The notes under the pieces: generated by a model
Database searches by the model: none
What the model saw: only the letters and a program-made list of their open reading frames with translations
What the model was told of the DNA's origin: nothing
Position numbers and translations under genes: made by a program
Source: Candidatus Eiseniibacteriota bacterium
GTDB lineage: Bacteria > Eisenbacteria > RBG-16-71-46
Direction: 5' to 3'
Length of the DNA: 64,000 nucleotides
Assembly: GCA_963725865.1 (NCBI GenBank)
Contig: CAVSAC010000012.1
Span: forward strand, 960,001 to 1,024,000
In this document: one piece after another, positions 9,584 through 18,850 of the stretch
Layout of the letters: every line of letters starts with the position of its first letter
Position numbering within the stretch: the stretch's first letter is position 1

Positions 9584-11228
9584 GGCGCTGCTCGTCTACG
9601 TGGTCGGCGCGGTGCCGCTGGGCGTCGCGCCGGCCGCCGCCACCCCGGCGGTGGCGATCGTCACGCTGGCGGTCGACACGACCGGCGGACGCCTCGAGGC
9701 GGCCCCCGAGACGCGCGGGCTGCCGATCCGGTCCATCCGCATCCGGCCGCGGGACATCTACGACCCCGTGCCGCCCGGCCGGCTCGGTCCGCTCTACCGC
9801 GGCGCGAACCGGCTGCACGTCGTGAGCCGGCCGGCGACCGTGGAGCGCGAGCTCGCGTTCGGACGCGGCCAGAACTGGGACGACGCGCGCGGGCTCGAGA
9901 CCCTGCGCGCGCTCCGCGATCTCGACTTCATCCAGCCGATCGCGCTGCGCGTGGCCGCGAGCGGGGACTCGGCCGATGTGGAGCTCGAGACCCGCGACGT
10001 GTGGAGCACGATCCCGGAGTTCAACCTGGAGAGCGGGGGCGGGAAGAGCTACGGCGCCGGCGCGTTCACCGAGCGCAACCTGTTCGGATACGGCAAGTCG
10101 GCTTCGGTCGCCTACCGCAGCGACCCGACCGGCATCTCCCGATCGGTCACGTGGTCGGATCCCGCGGTCGCCGGCTCGCACGCGCGGCTGCAGTTCGCGG
10201 CCGTCACCGGGTCCGCGGGCGTCACCAACCAGGTGTACGCGGGCGTGCCGTTCTGGTCCGAGGACGCGCCCTACACCGCCTTCGCGAGCTGGACGCGCTC
10301 GACCTCGGTGGCGCGCCTGTTCGAACGCAGCGAGGTCGCCGCCGACCTCGACGAGCGGCGCGAGGAGGTCGAGGTCGGCTGGGGACGCGGCGGGCGCGTG
10401 GACGGGATCGTGCGCAGGCTCACGTACTCGTTCTGGCTGCGGAACCGGCGCCTGGGACCCAGCCGGCTCGAGCCCGGCGCGCCCGTGGAGTTCGACGGCG
10501 GCGAGGAGAACCTCCGGATCCGCCGGCTCGCCGCCGAGCTGCGCCTGTGGCAGCCGCACTTTGTCGAGCGCCGCAGCGTCGATCGCATGAGCGGCCTCGA
10601 GGACTTCGACGTCGGACCGCTCGTGTCCGTGAAGCTGGGCTTCTCGCCGCGCATCCTGGGAGCGTCCACCGACGAGTCGTACGCGCAGTTCGGGCTCGAC
10701 GGCGGCACCGCGACCCCGCTGGGATTCGGAACGGTGCACGCGTCGATGGCGACGCGGTTCCGCTACCGGCCCGAGGAGCTGATCCGCAGCGTCGACGCGC
10801 GGTGGGTGAGCCAGATGTTCCCGGGCCAGACGCTGGTGGCCGCGGGCGCCGGCATCTGGGGCCTGCGCATGGCGCGCGATTGGCAGACCGTGATCGGCGG
10901 ACTCAATGGCCTCCGCGCATTCCCGGTCCACGCGCTGGCGGGACGTCAGGCGTGGCGCTTCAACCTCGAGGACCGCTGGCTCATCGGCCGCGAGTACTGG
11001 GAGCTCGTGAACGTGGGGCTGGCGGCGTTCTGGGACGGCGCGCGGGTGTGGGGGCCCGGCTCCGCGGGCACCGACTGGTACCACGACGCGGGGGTCGGCG
11101 TGCGGCTCGCGCTCCCGCACATGTCGAGCAACCAGGTCATCCGGCTCGACGTGGCCTGGCCGGTGCGCCCGACCCCGGCGAGTGGCCGCGACGCGGTGTT
11201 CTCGTTCGGCTCGCGGCAGGCGTTCTGA
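9552..11228 (+). CDS. Omp85 (BamA/TamA-like) outer-membrane protein
   Basis: Signal peptide, POTRA-like segment, ERNLFGYG, GLNGLRAFP loop motif, C-terminal Phe. Confidence 0.72.
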   Translation: MSDWVSRSAARALLVYVVGAVPLGVAPAAATPAVAIVTLAVDTTGGRLEAAPETRGLPIRSIRIRPRDIYDPVPPGRLGPLYRGANRLHVVSRPATVERELAFGRGQNWDDARGLETLRALRDLDFIQPIALRVAASGDSADVELETRDVWSTIPEFNLESGGGKSYGAGAFTERNLFGYGKSASVAYRSDPTGISRSVTWSDPAVAGSHARLQFAAVTGSAGVTNQVYAGVPFWSEDAPYTAFASWTRSTSVARLFERSEVAADLDERREEVEVGWGRGGRVDGIVRRLTYSFWLRNRRLGPSRLEPGAPVEFDGGEENLRIRRLAAELRLWQPHFVERRSVDRMSGLEDFDVGPLVSVKLGFSPRILGASTDESYAQFGLDGGTATPLGFGTVHASMATRFRYRPEELIRSVDARWVSQMFPGQTLVAAGAGIWGLRMARDWQTVIGGLNGLRAFPVHALAGRQAWRFNLEDRWLIGREYWELVNVGLAAFWDGARVWGPGSAGTDWYHDAGVGVRLALPHMSSNQVIRLDVAWPVRPTPASGRDAVFSFGSRQAF

Positions 11229-11325
11229 TGCGCCGCCCGCGCGCTCGCGTTCACTCACGGGCTGGCATAGACTGCCCGGTGGCGATCCGCGCACGTGAGG
11301 TGCGCGCTCGCCCGATGCGGACGTG

Positions 11326-12150
11326 ATGCTGCGCATCGGCACGTCGGGCATCCCGCGCTCGAGCGCGCGACCCGGCACCGTCCACGGCATCCGTCGGGCG
11401 CGCGAGCTGGGGCTGGACCATCTCGAGATGGCATGGGTCAACGGGGTGAAGATGGGCCCCGCGGCCGCGGACGCCATCGCCGAGGCGGCCCGCCGGGACG
11501 ACGTCACGCTCACCGCGCACGCGCCGTACTACGTGAACCTGTGCGGCTCGGACGAGGTGGTCTCGCGCAGCCTCGACCGCCTCGTGCAGGCCGGTCGACT
11601 CGGCGCCCGGTGCGGGGCCCAGAGCTTCTGCTTCCACGCCGGGTTCTATCAGGCGCTCGCCCCCGAAGTCGCGCGGCGGACCATCGAGGCCCGCCTGCGC
11701 GAGGTCGCGGGCGGGCTGCGCGAGGAAGGACTGGAGATCGACGTCCGGCCCGAGCTCACGGGCAAGCCCTCCCAGGTGGGCTCGCTCGAGGAGATCGTCG
11801 GCTGGAGCGAGGCGGTGGCCGGGGTCGCGCCCTGCGTGGATTTCTCCCACCAGTACGCGCGCACCGGCGGGGCGGTGAATCGCTACGAGGATTTCGCGGG
11901 CATGCTGGAGACGATCGCGCACCGACTCGGACGGGCGGCGCTCGAGCGGCTCCACGTGCACGTCTCGGGGATCGAATACGGGCCGAAGGGCGAGCGCCAT
12001 CACGTTCCGCTCGAGGCCTCGCGGTTCCGCTGGCGCGACGTGCTGAAGGCGCTGCGGGACCAACGGGTCGGGGGCTGGCTGGTGGTCGAGAGCCCGGCCA
12101 TGGAAGAGGACGCGCTGCGACTGAGGCGCGCCTGGCGGAGGATGCGGTGA
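11326..12150 (+). CDS. nfo: Endonuclease IV-like TIM barrel (archaeal-type Nfo)
   Basis: HAPYYVNL, FHAGFY, PELTGK, DFSH, HVHVSG, ERHH, ESP metal-ligand motifs. Confidence 0.8.
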   Translation: MLRIGTSGIPRSSARPGTVHGIRRARELGLDHLEMAWVNGVKMGPAAADAIAEAARRDDVTLTAHAPYYVNLCGSDEVVSRSLDRLVQAGRLGARCGAQSFCFHAGFYQALAPEVARRTIEARLREVAGGLREEGLEIDVRPELTGKPSQVGSLEEIVGWSEAVAGVAPCVDFSHQYARTGGAVNRYEDFAGMLETIAHRLGRAALERLHVHVSGIEYGPKGERHHVPLEASRFRWRDVLKALRDQRVGGWLVVESPAMEEDALRLRRAWRRMR

Positions 12151-13307
12151 GTACGACGATGAGCCGGACCGCGCCGGTGGTGATCATCGGGGCGGGCTGC
12201 ATCGGGGCGGCGATCGCCGACCATCTCGGTCGGCGGGGCGTGAAGGACGTGTGTGTGCTGGAGCAGGAGCCGTTCGCGGGCGCCGGCTCCACGAGCAAGG
12301 CGGCGGGAGGCATCCGGGCGCAGTTCTCGACCCCGCTCAACGTGCGCCTCTCGATGATGTCCATCGAGGAGTTCGAGCGCCTGCCCGAGGTGATGGGGTG
12401 CGAGCCGGTGTTCTTCCAGGTCGGCTACCTGTTCCTGCTGGCGGACGATGTCACGTGGGCGACGTTCCAGCGGCAGGCCGAGATGCAGCGCGCGCTCGGA
12501 CTGCCGGTCGAGACCCTGACGCCCGAGCAGGCGCGTGCGCGCGTGCCGGAGTTGAACATCGAGGACCTCAAGGGCGCGACGTTCTGCGGCAAGGACGGCC
12601 TCGGCAGCCCGCACGAGGTCACGCAGCTGTTCGTGCAGCACGCCCGCGAGCTCGGCGCCCGCTTCGAGTTCGGCGTGCCCGCCACCGGCTTGATCGTCGA
12701 GCGCGGGCGCGTGATCGGCGTGCGCACACCGCAGGGCGACGTGCACACGCCGTGGGTGATCAACGCGGGGGGGCCGCACGCCGCCCAGATCGCGCGCTGG
12801 GCCGGCGTCGAGCTGCCCGTCGAGCCGGTGCGCCGCCACTGCTTCACCACCGAGCCGCTCCCGATGGCGCGCCCCGACCTGCCCATGATCGTGGACATGA
12901 AGTCGGGCGTGTACATGCACCGCGAGAGCGGCGGCATGCTGCTCGGGCTCGCGAACAAGGACGAGCCGCCGGGCTTCAACACCGCGGTCAACTGGGACCT
13001 GCTCGAGCAGGTCGTCGAGCCGGCGATGCACCGGGTGCCCGCGCTCGAGGCGGCCGAGGTGTCGAACGGCTGGGCGGGGCTCTACGAGACCACGCCGGAC
13101 CACAACGCGGTGCTCGGCCCGCCGGCGCAGGTGGCGGGACTGATGCTCGCGAACGGCTTCAGCGGCCACGGCTTCATGCACTCGCCGGCGGTCGGCCGGC
13201 TGATCGCGGAATGGATCGTGGACGGCAAGCCGAGCATCGACCTGACGCCGCTGCGAGTCGAGCGGTTCAGCGACCGCCAGGCGCCAGCCGAGGCGTACGT
13301 CATCTGA
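12147..13307 (+). CDS. FAD-dependent oxidoreductase (DAO/sarcosine oxidase beta-like)
   Basis: IIGAGCIG, GSTSKAAGGIRAQF, TPDHNAVLG, GFSGHGFM. Confidence 0.88.
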   Translation: MSTTMSRTAPVVIIGAGCIGAAIADHLGRRGVKDVCVLEQEPFAGAGSTSKAAGGIRAQFSTPLNVRLSMMSIEEFERLPEVMGCEPVFFQVGYLFLLADDVTWATFQRQAEMQRALGLPVETLTPEQARARVPELNIEDLKGATFCGKDGLGSPHEVTQLFVQHARELGARFEFGVPATGLIVERGRVIGVRTPQGDVHTPWVINAGGPHAAQIARWAGVELPVEPVRRHCFTTEPLPMARPDLPMIVDMKSGVYMHRESGGMLLGLANKDEPPGFNTAVNWDLLEQVVEPAMHRVPALEAAEVSNGWAGLYETTPDHNAVLGPPAQVAGLMLANGFSGHGFMHSPAVGRLIAEWIVDGKPSIDLTPLRVERFSDRQAPAEAYVI

Positions 13308-13308
13308 C

Positions 13309-13953
13309 ATGCCGCTCGTCCACCACGCTCTGGCGCTCGGACCGCTCGACAACCGCAGCTACGTGGTCCGCTGCGAGACCAGCGGCGAGGCTGCGGTGCT
13401 GGACGTCGGCTTCGACCCGGCGGCCGCGATCGATGCGGTGCGGCGGCTCGGCGTCACCGTGCGTTGGCTGCTGGCGACCCATGGTCACTACGACCATGTC
13501 GCCGGCATGCGGGAAGTGCAGGACGCGTTCGGCGGCGCGTTCTGTCTGCACCCGGGCGACCGGGCGCTGCTCGACCACCTGGACGTGCAGGGGGCGGCGT
13601 TCGGATTCCCGCCCGCCCGCGCGCCCGACGTCGTGCACGACCTCGCCGACGAGCAGCTCGTCCCGCTCGGCGAGGAGACCCTGCGCGTGATCCACACCCC
13701 CGGGCACTCGCCGGGCGGCGTGTGTTTCCTGTGGCAGGATCAGCTGTGGGCGGGCGATACGCTGTTCGCGGGCTCGGTCGGCCGCACCGACCTGCCCGGA
13801 GGATCCTCCGAGCAGCTCGAGCGCGCGATCCGCACCCGGCTGTTCCCGCTCGGCGATCACGTCCACGTCCATCCGGGGCACGGTCCCGGGACCACCCTCG
13901 GCCGCGAGCGGCGCACCAATCCGTTCGTGGGCGAAGGAGCGCACCTGCCGTGA
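13309..13953 (+). CDS. MBL-fold hydrolase (glyoxalase II-like)
   Basis: THGHYDH, HTPGHSPG, GDTLFAGSVGRTDLPGG, PGHG. Confidence 0.9.
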   Translation: MPLVHHALALGPLDNRSYVVRCETSGEAAVLDVGFDPAAAIDAVRRLGVTVRWLLATHGHYDHVAGMREVQDAFGGAFCLHPGDRALLDHLDVQGAAFGFPPARAPDVVHDLADEQLVPLGEETLRVIHTPGHSPGGVCFLWQDQLWAGDTLFAGSVGRTDLPGGSSEQLERAIRTRLFPLGDHVHVHPGHGPGTTLGRERRTNPFVGEGAHLP

Positions 13954-15002
13954 GCGATCGCACGTCCGACTGGCCGGCGCGGCTGCGCCTGGATCCGACC
14001 GCCTTCATTGCACCCGGCGCGGTGGTGGTGGGCGAGGTGACGCTGGGCGCGCGCGCGAGCGTGTGGTTCAACACCGTGCTGCGCGGGGACACCGCGGCGA
14101 TCGAGGTGGGGCCGGAGACCAACATCCAGGACAACTCCACGGTGCACGTCGACGAAGGGCAGCCGGCGCTCCTCGGCGCCCGCATCACGGTCGGTCATCG
14201 CGCCATCGTGCACGGCTGCGTGATCGAGGACGACTGCCTGGTGGGCATGGGCGCGGTGATCCTCTCGGGCGCGCGCATCGGCGCCGGCTCGCTGATCGGC
14301 GCCGCGGCGCTGGTGCGCGAGCACCAGGTGATCCCGCCCGGCAGCCTCGTGCTGGGCGCTCCGGCCCGGGTCGTGGGGCCGGTCACCGACGCACATCGCG
14401 CGGCGATCGCCGACGGCAACGCGCACTACGTGGCGCTGGCGCGCTCCTACCAGGCGCGCGGCATCGTCGCCTCCCTGCCGCCGATCGTGGGACGCGAACC
14501 CGCCATGCCGCGCGCTGGGATGCCGATGGACTTCCTCGAGTGGGAGCAGCGCCTGGCCGTACTCGCCTCCGGGCCGCGCTGGGGCCAGGAGCTGCTCGAG
14601 GCGCACGGGGGCGAGTCGTTCCGTCGCCCGCCGTCGCCCGGCCGCTGGAGCGCCGCGGCGGTGGTGGCCCACCTGCGCGACTGCGACCGCGAGGTGTTCC
14701 TGCCCCGCGTCGAGCGCGTGCTCGCCGAGGACTTCCCGGCGGTGCCCGACGTGCCGGCGCACGACTGGGCGGTCGAGCGCCGCTACGCCGACGCCGAGCC
14801 CGAGCGGGTGCTGGCCGAGTGGCGCGCGGTGCGCGAGCAGTTGATGGCGCGAATCGCGCCGCTCGGGCCCGCGGACTGGGCGCGGGCCCTGCTGCATCCG
14901 AAGCGCGGGGCCCACACGCTCGCCGAGATGGTGCGCTACTGGTGCGACCACGACCTCTCGCACCGGCGCCAGATCCGCGCCGCGCTCGGCGGGGCGCCGT
15001 GA
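13950..15002 (+). CDS. Gamma-carbonic anhydrase family protein fused to C-terminal DinB/YfiT domain
   Basis: LRGD, NIQDNSTVH, GHRAIVHGC with hexapeptide repeats; then WSAAAVVAHLRDCD...HDLSHRRQI in same frame. Confidence 0.82.
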   Translation: MSDRTSDWPARLRLDPTAFIAPGAVVVGEVTLGARASVWFNTVLRGDTAAIEVGPETNIQDNSTVHVDEGQPALLGARITVGHRAIVHGCVIEDDCLVGMGAVILSGARIGAGSLIGAAALVREHQVIPPGSLVLGAPARVVGPVTDAHRAAIADGNAHYVALARSYQARGIVASLPPIVGREPAMPRAGMPMDFLEWEQRLAVLASGPRWGQELLEAHGGESFRRPPSPGRWSAAAVVAHLRDCDREVFLPRVERVLAEDFPAVPDVPAHDWAVERRYADAEPERVLAEWRAVREQLMARIAPLGPADWARALLHPKRGAHTLAEMVRYWCDHDLSHRRQIRAALGGAP

Positions 15003-15706
15003 TCCACCGGTTCGGCCCGCCGGGCCCACCGGCCGACCGGCTGCTGGCCGCGCTGGCGCGGCGCGGTCACGCCGTGCGCGCCGAGGCGCCGCCGGCCGCG
15101 GCCGGCGATCGTGGGGCCGACGCTGCGACGCTGGTACTGACGGCCGCGGCCGACCTCGACGCGATGGCGCTGGCGGCGCTGCTCGCGGGGTGGCGGAAGG
15201 CGGCCGGCGCACGCGTGCTGGTGCTGAGCGCGCTCGGCGCGCACCCGGACGCGCGCGCGCCGCGTCTGCGGCGGCTGTGGGCGCTCGAGGAGCAGGCGCG
15301 CGGCGCCGGGATGCCGGTGCTCACGCTGCGGCTCGCGCCGCTGGTGGGACCCGCGAGCCCGCTGTGGTTGCGACTGCGGAGCCGCCCCGCGCTGCCGCGT
15401 GCGATGCGCGGGCTGGTCCAGCCGGTGGCCGAGGCGGACGTGGTCGAGACCCTCGAGCGCGCGCTCTCCGGGCGTGCGGTGTGGGAGGGCTGGTACGAGC
15501 TGGCCGGCCCCGAGGCGTTCACGCTCGCCGAGCTGGTGGAACTCGCGGCGTCCGCGGGCCCGCCGCCGCCGGCCGGCGCGGGTGAGTGGGAGCCGGCGCT
15601 CGCCGAGCTGGCCGAGCACCGCCTCGCGGAGGCCGCGCCGTGGCTGGCGCACTTCGGGCTCGCGGCCCGCCCACTCGCGGACCAGGTGGGCGCATGGGCG
15701 GCGTGA
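14999..15706 (+). CDS. Degenerate atypical SDR/NAD(P)-binding-like protein
   Basis: [25 protein letters not shown] resemble SDR_a5-type proteins; Gly motif eroded; coupled at both ends. Confidence 0.6.
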   Translation: MIHRFGPPGPPADRLLAALARRGHAVRAEAPPAAAGDRGADAATLVLTAAADLDAMALAALLAGWRKAAGARVLVLSALGAHPDARAPRLRRLWALEEQARGAGMPVLTLRLAPLVGPASPLWLRLRSRPALPRAMRGLVQPVAEADVVETLERALSGRAVWEGWYELAGPEAFTLAELVELAASAGPPPPAGAGEWEPALAELAEHRLAEAAPWLAHFGLAARPLADQVGAWAA

Positions 15707-16242
15707 AGCGCACGGTGCGGCGCGGCGCGCACGCCGCACGGACGCCCGGCGGGCGGCCGGTGCGCTGCGCGGTCGTCACCGTCAGCGACACCCGGCGCGG
15801 CGCCGACGACCGCGGCGGCGCCGCGATCGAGCGGCTGCTGGTCGCCGCCGGTCACGTCGTGGCGACCCGTGCGTGGGTGCGCGACACGCGCGCCGGAGTG
15901 CGCGCGACGGTCGAGCGGGTGCTCGACCGCGCGGACCTCGACGTCGTGGTGATCACCGGCGGCACCGGCATCGCCCCGCGCGACGTGAGCCCCGAGGCGA
16001 TCGCGCCGCTGATCGACACCCCGCTGCCCGGATTCGGCGAGCTGTTCCGCCTGCTGTCGCACCAACAGGTCGGCGCTGCCGCCTGGCTCTCGCGCGCGAC
16101 CGCCGGGGTGGCGCGGGGCCGGCTCGTCGTGCTGCTGCCCGGATCCGAGCGCGCCGTGACGCTGGCACTCGAGCGCCTCCTGATCCCCGAACTCGCCCAC
16201 GCCGTGCGCATGCTCGGCCGTTCCCCCCACGCGAAGGAGTGA
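15703..16242 (+). CDS. moaB: MogA/MoaB molybdenum cofactor biosynthesis protein
   Basis: [38 protein letters not shown]. Confidence 0.9.
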   Translation: MKRTVRRGAHAARTPGGRPVRCAVVTVSDTRRGADDRGGAAIERLLVAAGHVVATRAWVRDTRAGVRATVERVLDRADLDVVVITGGTGIAPRDVSPEAIAPLIDTPLPGFGELFRLLSHQQVGAAAWLSRATAGVARGRLVVLLPGSERAVTLALERLLIPELAHAVRMLGRSPHAKE

Positions 16243-16244
16243 GC

Positions 16245-18035
16245 ATGTCGATCAAGCCCGATCGGTGGATCCGCAAGATGTGCATCGAGCACCGCATGAT
16301 CGAGCCGTTCGAGGAGAAGCAGGTGCGCGAGGGAGTGATCTCCTACGGCGTCTCCTCGTACGGCTACGACATCCGCGTCGCCGACGAGTTCAAGATCTTC
16401 ACGAACGTCAACTCCACGGTCGTGGATCCCAAGCACGTGGATCCGGCCTCGATGGTGGACGTGCGCGGCGCGGTGTGCATCGTGCCGCCCAACTCGTTCG
16501 CGCTGGCGCGCACCGTGGAGTACTTCCGCATCCCGCGCAACGTGCTCACCATCTGTGTGGGAAAGTGCCTGTCGGGCGACACGCGAGTGGTTGACGCCGA
16601 GACCGGCGAGTACGTCGAGCTGCGCACATTCGTGGCGCGACGTGCGAGTCACGCGGCCGGGCTGAAGGACTGGCGGATGGGTGCTCGCGCCGTCACCGAA
16701 CACCTCACCACGGGCGTGCGGCCCGTGTATCGCGTGCGGACGCGAGCGGGGCTCGAGTTGAAGATGACCGCGGAGCACCCGTTGCGCACGTTTAGCCGCT
16801 GGGCCCGACTCTGCGATCTGGCGATCGGGGATCGGATCGCCGTGGCGCGGAGCATCCCGTGCTTCGGCCGCGAGGTCCTCCCGGAGCACGAGGCGCGGCT
16901 GCTGGGCTTCATGCTCTCCGACGGGCAGTGCGCCACGCCGGGCCACTCGCCCTGCTACTCCACCGGAGATCCGGTGCTGGCCCGGGCCTTCGGTCGGGCC
17001 GCCAGGGCGTTCGGCTGCGCCGTGTCCCGGGCAGGGCGCTACGGATACCGCTTGGTGAATCACCGCGGCCGTGGCGGGCGGCCGGAACGGAATCGAATGA
17101 GCGTCTGGCTCGAACGACATAGCTGCGCGGTGCGCTCCCGCGACAAGCGCGTCCCGACGGTGGTCTTCCGGTCCCCTCGCGACGGCGTTGTCACGTTCCT
17201 GCGGGCGCTGTTCTCGGGCGACGGCAGTATCTGGAGATCGGGAGACGGGGTCCAGCTCGAATACGCGACGATCTCAAGACGGCTGGCCGACGATGTGCGC
17301 CACCTGCTGTTGCGCTTCGGCATCTTCGGCATGATCCGGGAGCGGCGGAGCCCCGACGGATACACGTCCTATCGCGTCCAGGTGACCGATCGCGGAATGA
17401 TCCTGCGCTTCGGGCGCGAGATCGGGTTCGAGCGCGGATCCCGCAAGCAGCGGGCCCTCGAACGTGCGATGGCGGAGTGCATCCGAGTGCCGAAGTCGAA
17501 ATCGAACTTCGACACGCTGCCTCCGGAAGCGTGGGGCGCGATGCGGACGACGGTACGGGCCAGCGGCCGATCGCTGCGTTCGCTGGGCGTGGCGGGCACC
17601 CAGCCCCACCAGTCATTAGGACTCGAGGTCGCCCAGCGTGTCGCCCGGGAACTGCCCGAAACGCGGTGGGCGACGATCTGCGAAGCGGATGTCGTGTGGG
17701 ACACCATCGTTTCGATCGAGCCCGCCGGCGAGGAGGAGGTCTTCGATCTGACCGTTCCGGCGGGGAGCAACTTCGTCGCCAACGATTTCGTGGCCCACAA
17801 TTCGACGTACGCCCGCTGCGGCATCATCACGAACGTGACTCCGTTCGAGCCCGAGTGGGAGGGATTCGTCACGCTGGAGATCAGCAACACCACACCGCTG
17901 CCGGCCAAGATCTACGCCAACGAGGGCATCGCGCAGGTGCTGTTCTTCGAGAGCGACGAGCCCTGCGAGACGTCGTACCGGGACAAGGCCGGCAAGTACC
18001 AGAAGCAGGTCGGTATCACGCTGCCGCGGCTGTGA
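16245..18035 (+). CDS. dcd: dCTP deaminase, intein-containing (184-aa mature protein)
   Basis: [76 protein letters not shown]. Confidence 0.95.
   Translation: MSIKPDRWIRKMCIEHRMIEPFEEKQVREGVISYGVSSYGYDIRVADEFKIFTNVNSTVVDPKHVDPASMVDVRGAVCIVPPNSFALARTVEYFRIPRNVLTICVGKCLSGDTRVVDAETGEYVELRTFVARRASHAAGLKDWRMGARAVTEHLTTGVRPVYRVRTRAGLELKMTAEHPLRTFSRWARLCDLAIGDRIAVARSIPCFGREVLPEHEARLLGFMLSDGQCATPGHSPCYSTGDPVLARAFGRAARAFGCAVSRAGRYGYRLVNHRGRGGRPERNRMSVWLERHSCAVRSRDKRVPTVVFRSPRDGVVTFLRALFSGDGSIWRSGDGVQLEYATISRRLADDVRHLLLRFGIFGMIRERRSPDGYTSYRVQVTDRGMILRFGREIGFERGSRKQRALERAMAECIRVPKSKSNFDTLPPEAWGAMRTTVRASGRSLRSLGVAGTQPHQSLGLEVAQRVARELPETRWATICEADVVWDTIVSIEPAGEEEVFDLTVPAGSNFVANDFVAHNSTYARCGIITNVTPFEPEWEGFVTLEISNTTPLPAKIYANEGIAQVLFFESDEPCETSYRDKAGKYQKQVGITLPRL
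16566..17801 (+). mobile_element. Class 1 intein with LAGLIDADG homing endonuclease (412 aa)
   Basis: Block A CLSGDT, block [54 protein letters not shown] followed by +1 Ser. Confidence 0.96.
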
Positions 18036-18081
18036 ACGGTCCAGTCGGATTCACCGCGGTCACATGGAGCAGGGGGCGGGA

Positions 18082-18816
18082 ATGAGGAGCGTGCTGCGGG
18101 CAGCCGTCACGGCACTCGCGCTGGCGTCGTCGATGATGCTCCTGACGGTCGGGAGCGCGGCTGCGCGGCCGCGGCTCGGCGTGCAGGGCAGCCTGCGCTG
18201 GACCGAGCTCACCTACCACTGGAGCGGGGGGGACCTGGGAGCGGCCGCGGACCTGGTGCCGCATCCGGCGTTCCACGCCGCGTGGTCGGCCGGCCTCGTG
18301 GCGGACTGGCCTCTGACGCGGAGAGTGGGGATCGTGACGGGGCTGCGCTACGCCGAGGCGGGCGAGGTGCAGGAGCACTCGGCCGACTTCACGGGAGTCA
18401 CCGCCCGCAGCCGCGATCAACTGGTGCTGCGCAGCGTCTCCGCGCCGGTGCAGGTGCGCTGGCGGCCGGGGGCCGCGCCGGTGCATGTCGCTGCCGGCGT
18501 CGATGTATCGTGGCTCGCGCAGGCGCTCAACCGCCCGAGCCTGGATCTGGTGAACACCGCGCCGGCAGCGGCGGTGCGCGGACCGCGCCCGGCCGCCGCC
18601 ATCTTCGAGGACGTTTCCCACGGGATCGACCTCACCGATGCCTTTCGGCGCTGGCGCGCAGGCGCCAGCGTGGGCGTGGGAGTCGACCGATCGCTCGGCT
18701 CGCTCACCGCGAGGCTCGAGGCGCGCTGGACCGAGGGGCTCACGGACGTGGTGAAGTCGTCGGACGTGCAGCGCCGCGTGCGCGCGATCGACCTGATGCT
18801 CACGCTGCTTCGATGA
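18082..18816 (+). CDS. Outer-membrane beta-barrel protein (PorT-like)
   Basis: Signal peptide and alternating amphipathic strands; GLRYAEAG, LEARWTEGLTDV. Confidence 0.55.
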   Translation: MRSVLRAAVTALALASSMMLLTVGSAAARPRLGVQGSLRWTELTYHWSGGDLGAAADLVPHPAFHAAWSAGLVADWPLTRRVGIVTGLRYAEAGEVQEHSADFTGVTARSRDQLVLRSVSAPVQVRWRPGAAPVHVAAGVDVSWLAQALNRPSLDLVNTAPAAAVRGPRPAAAIFEDVSHGIDLTDAFRRWRAGASVGVGVDRSLGSLTARLEARWTEGLTDVVKSSDVQRRVRAIDLMLTLLR

Positions 18817-18850
18817 TCCCGTCCCCCGCGGCCCGACGGCGGACGTGACG

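Noticed and set aside
16566..17801. Group I intron or free-standing endonuclease interpretation of the dcd insert
   Set aside because: Insert is in frame without stops and has canonical intein termini (Cys1, His-Asn, +1 Ser)
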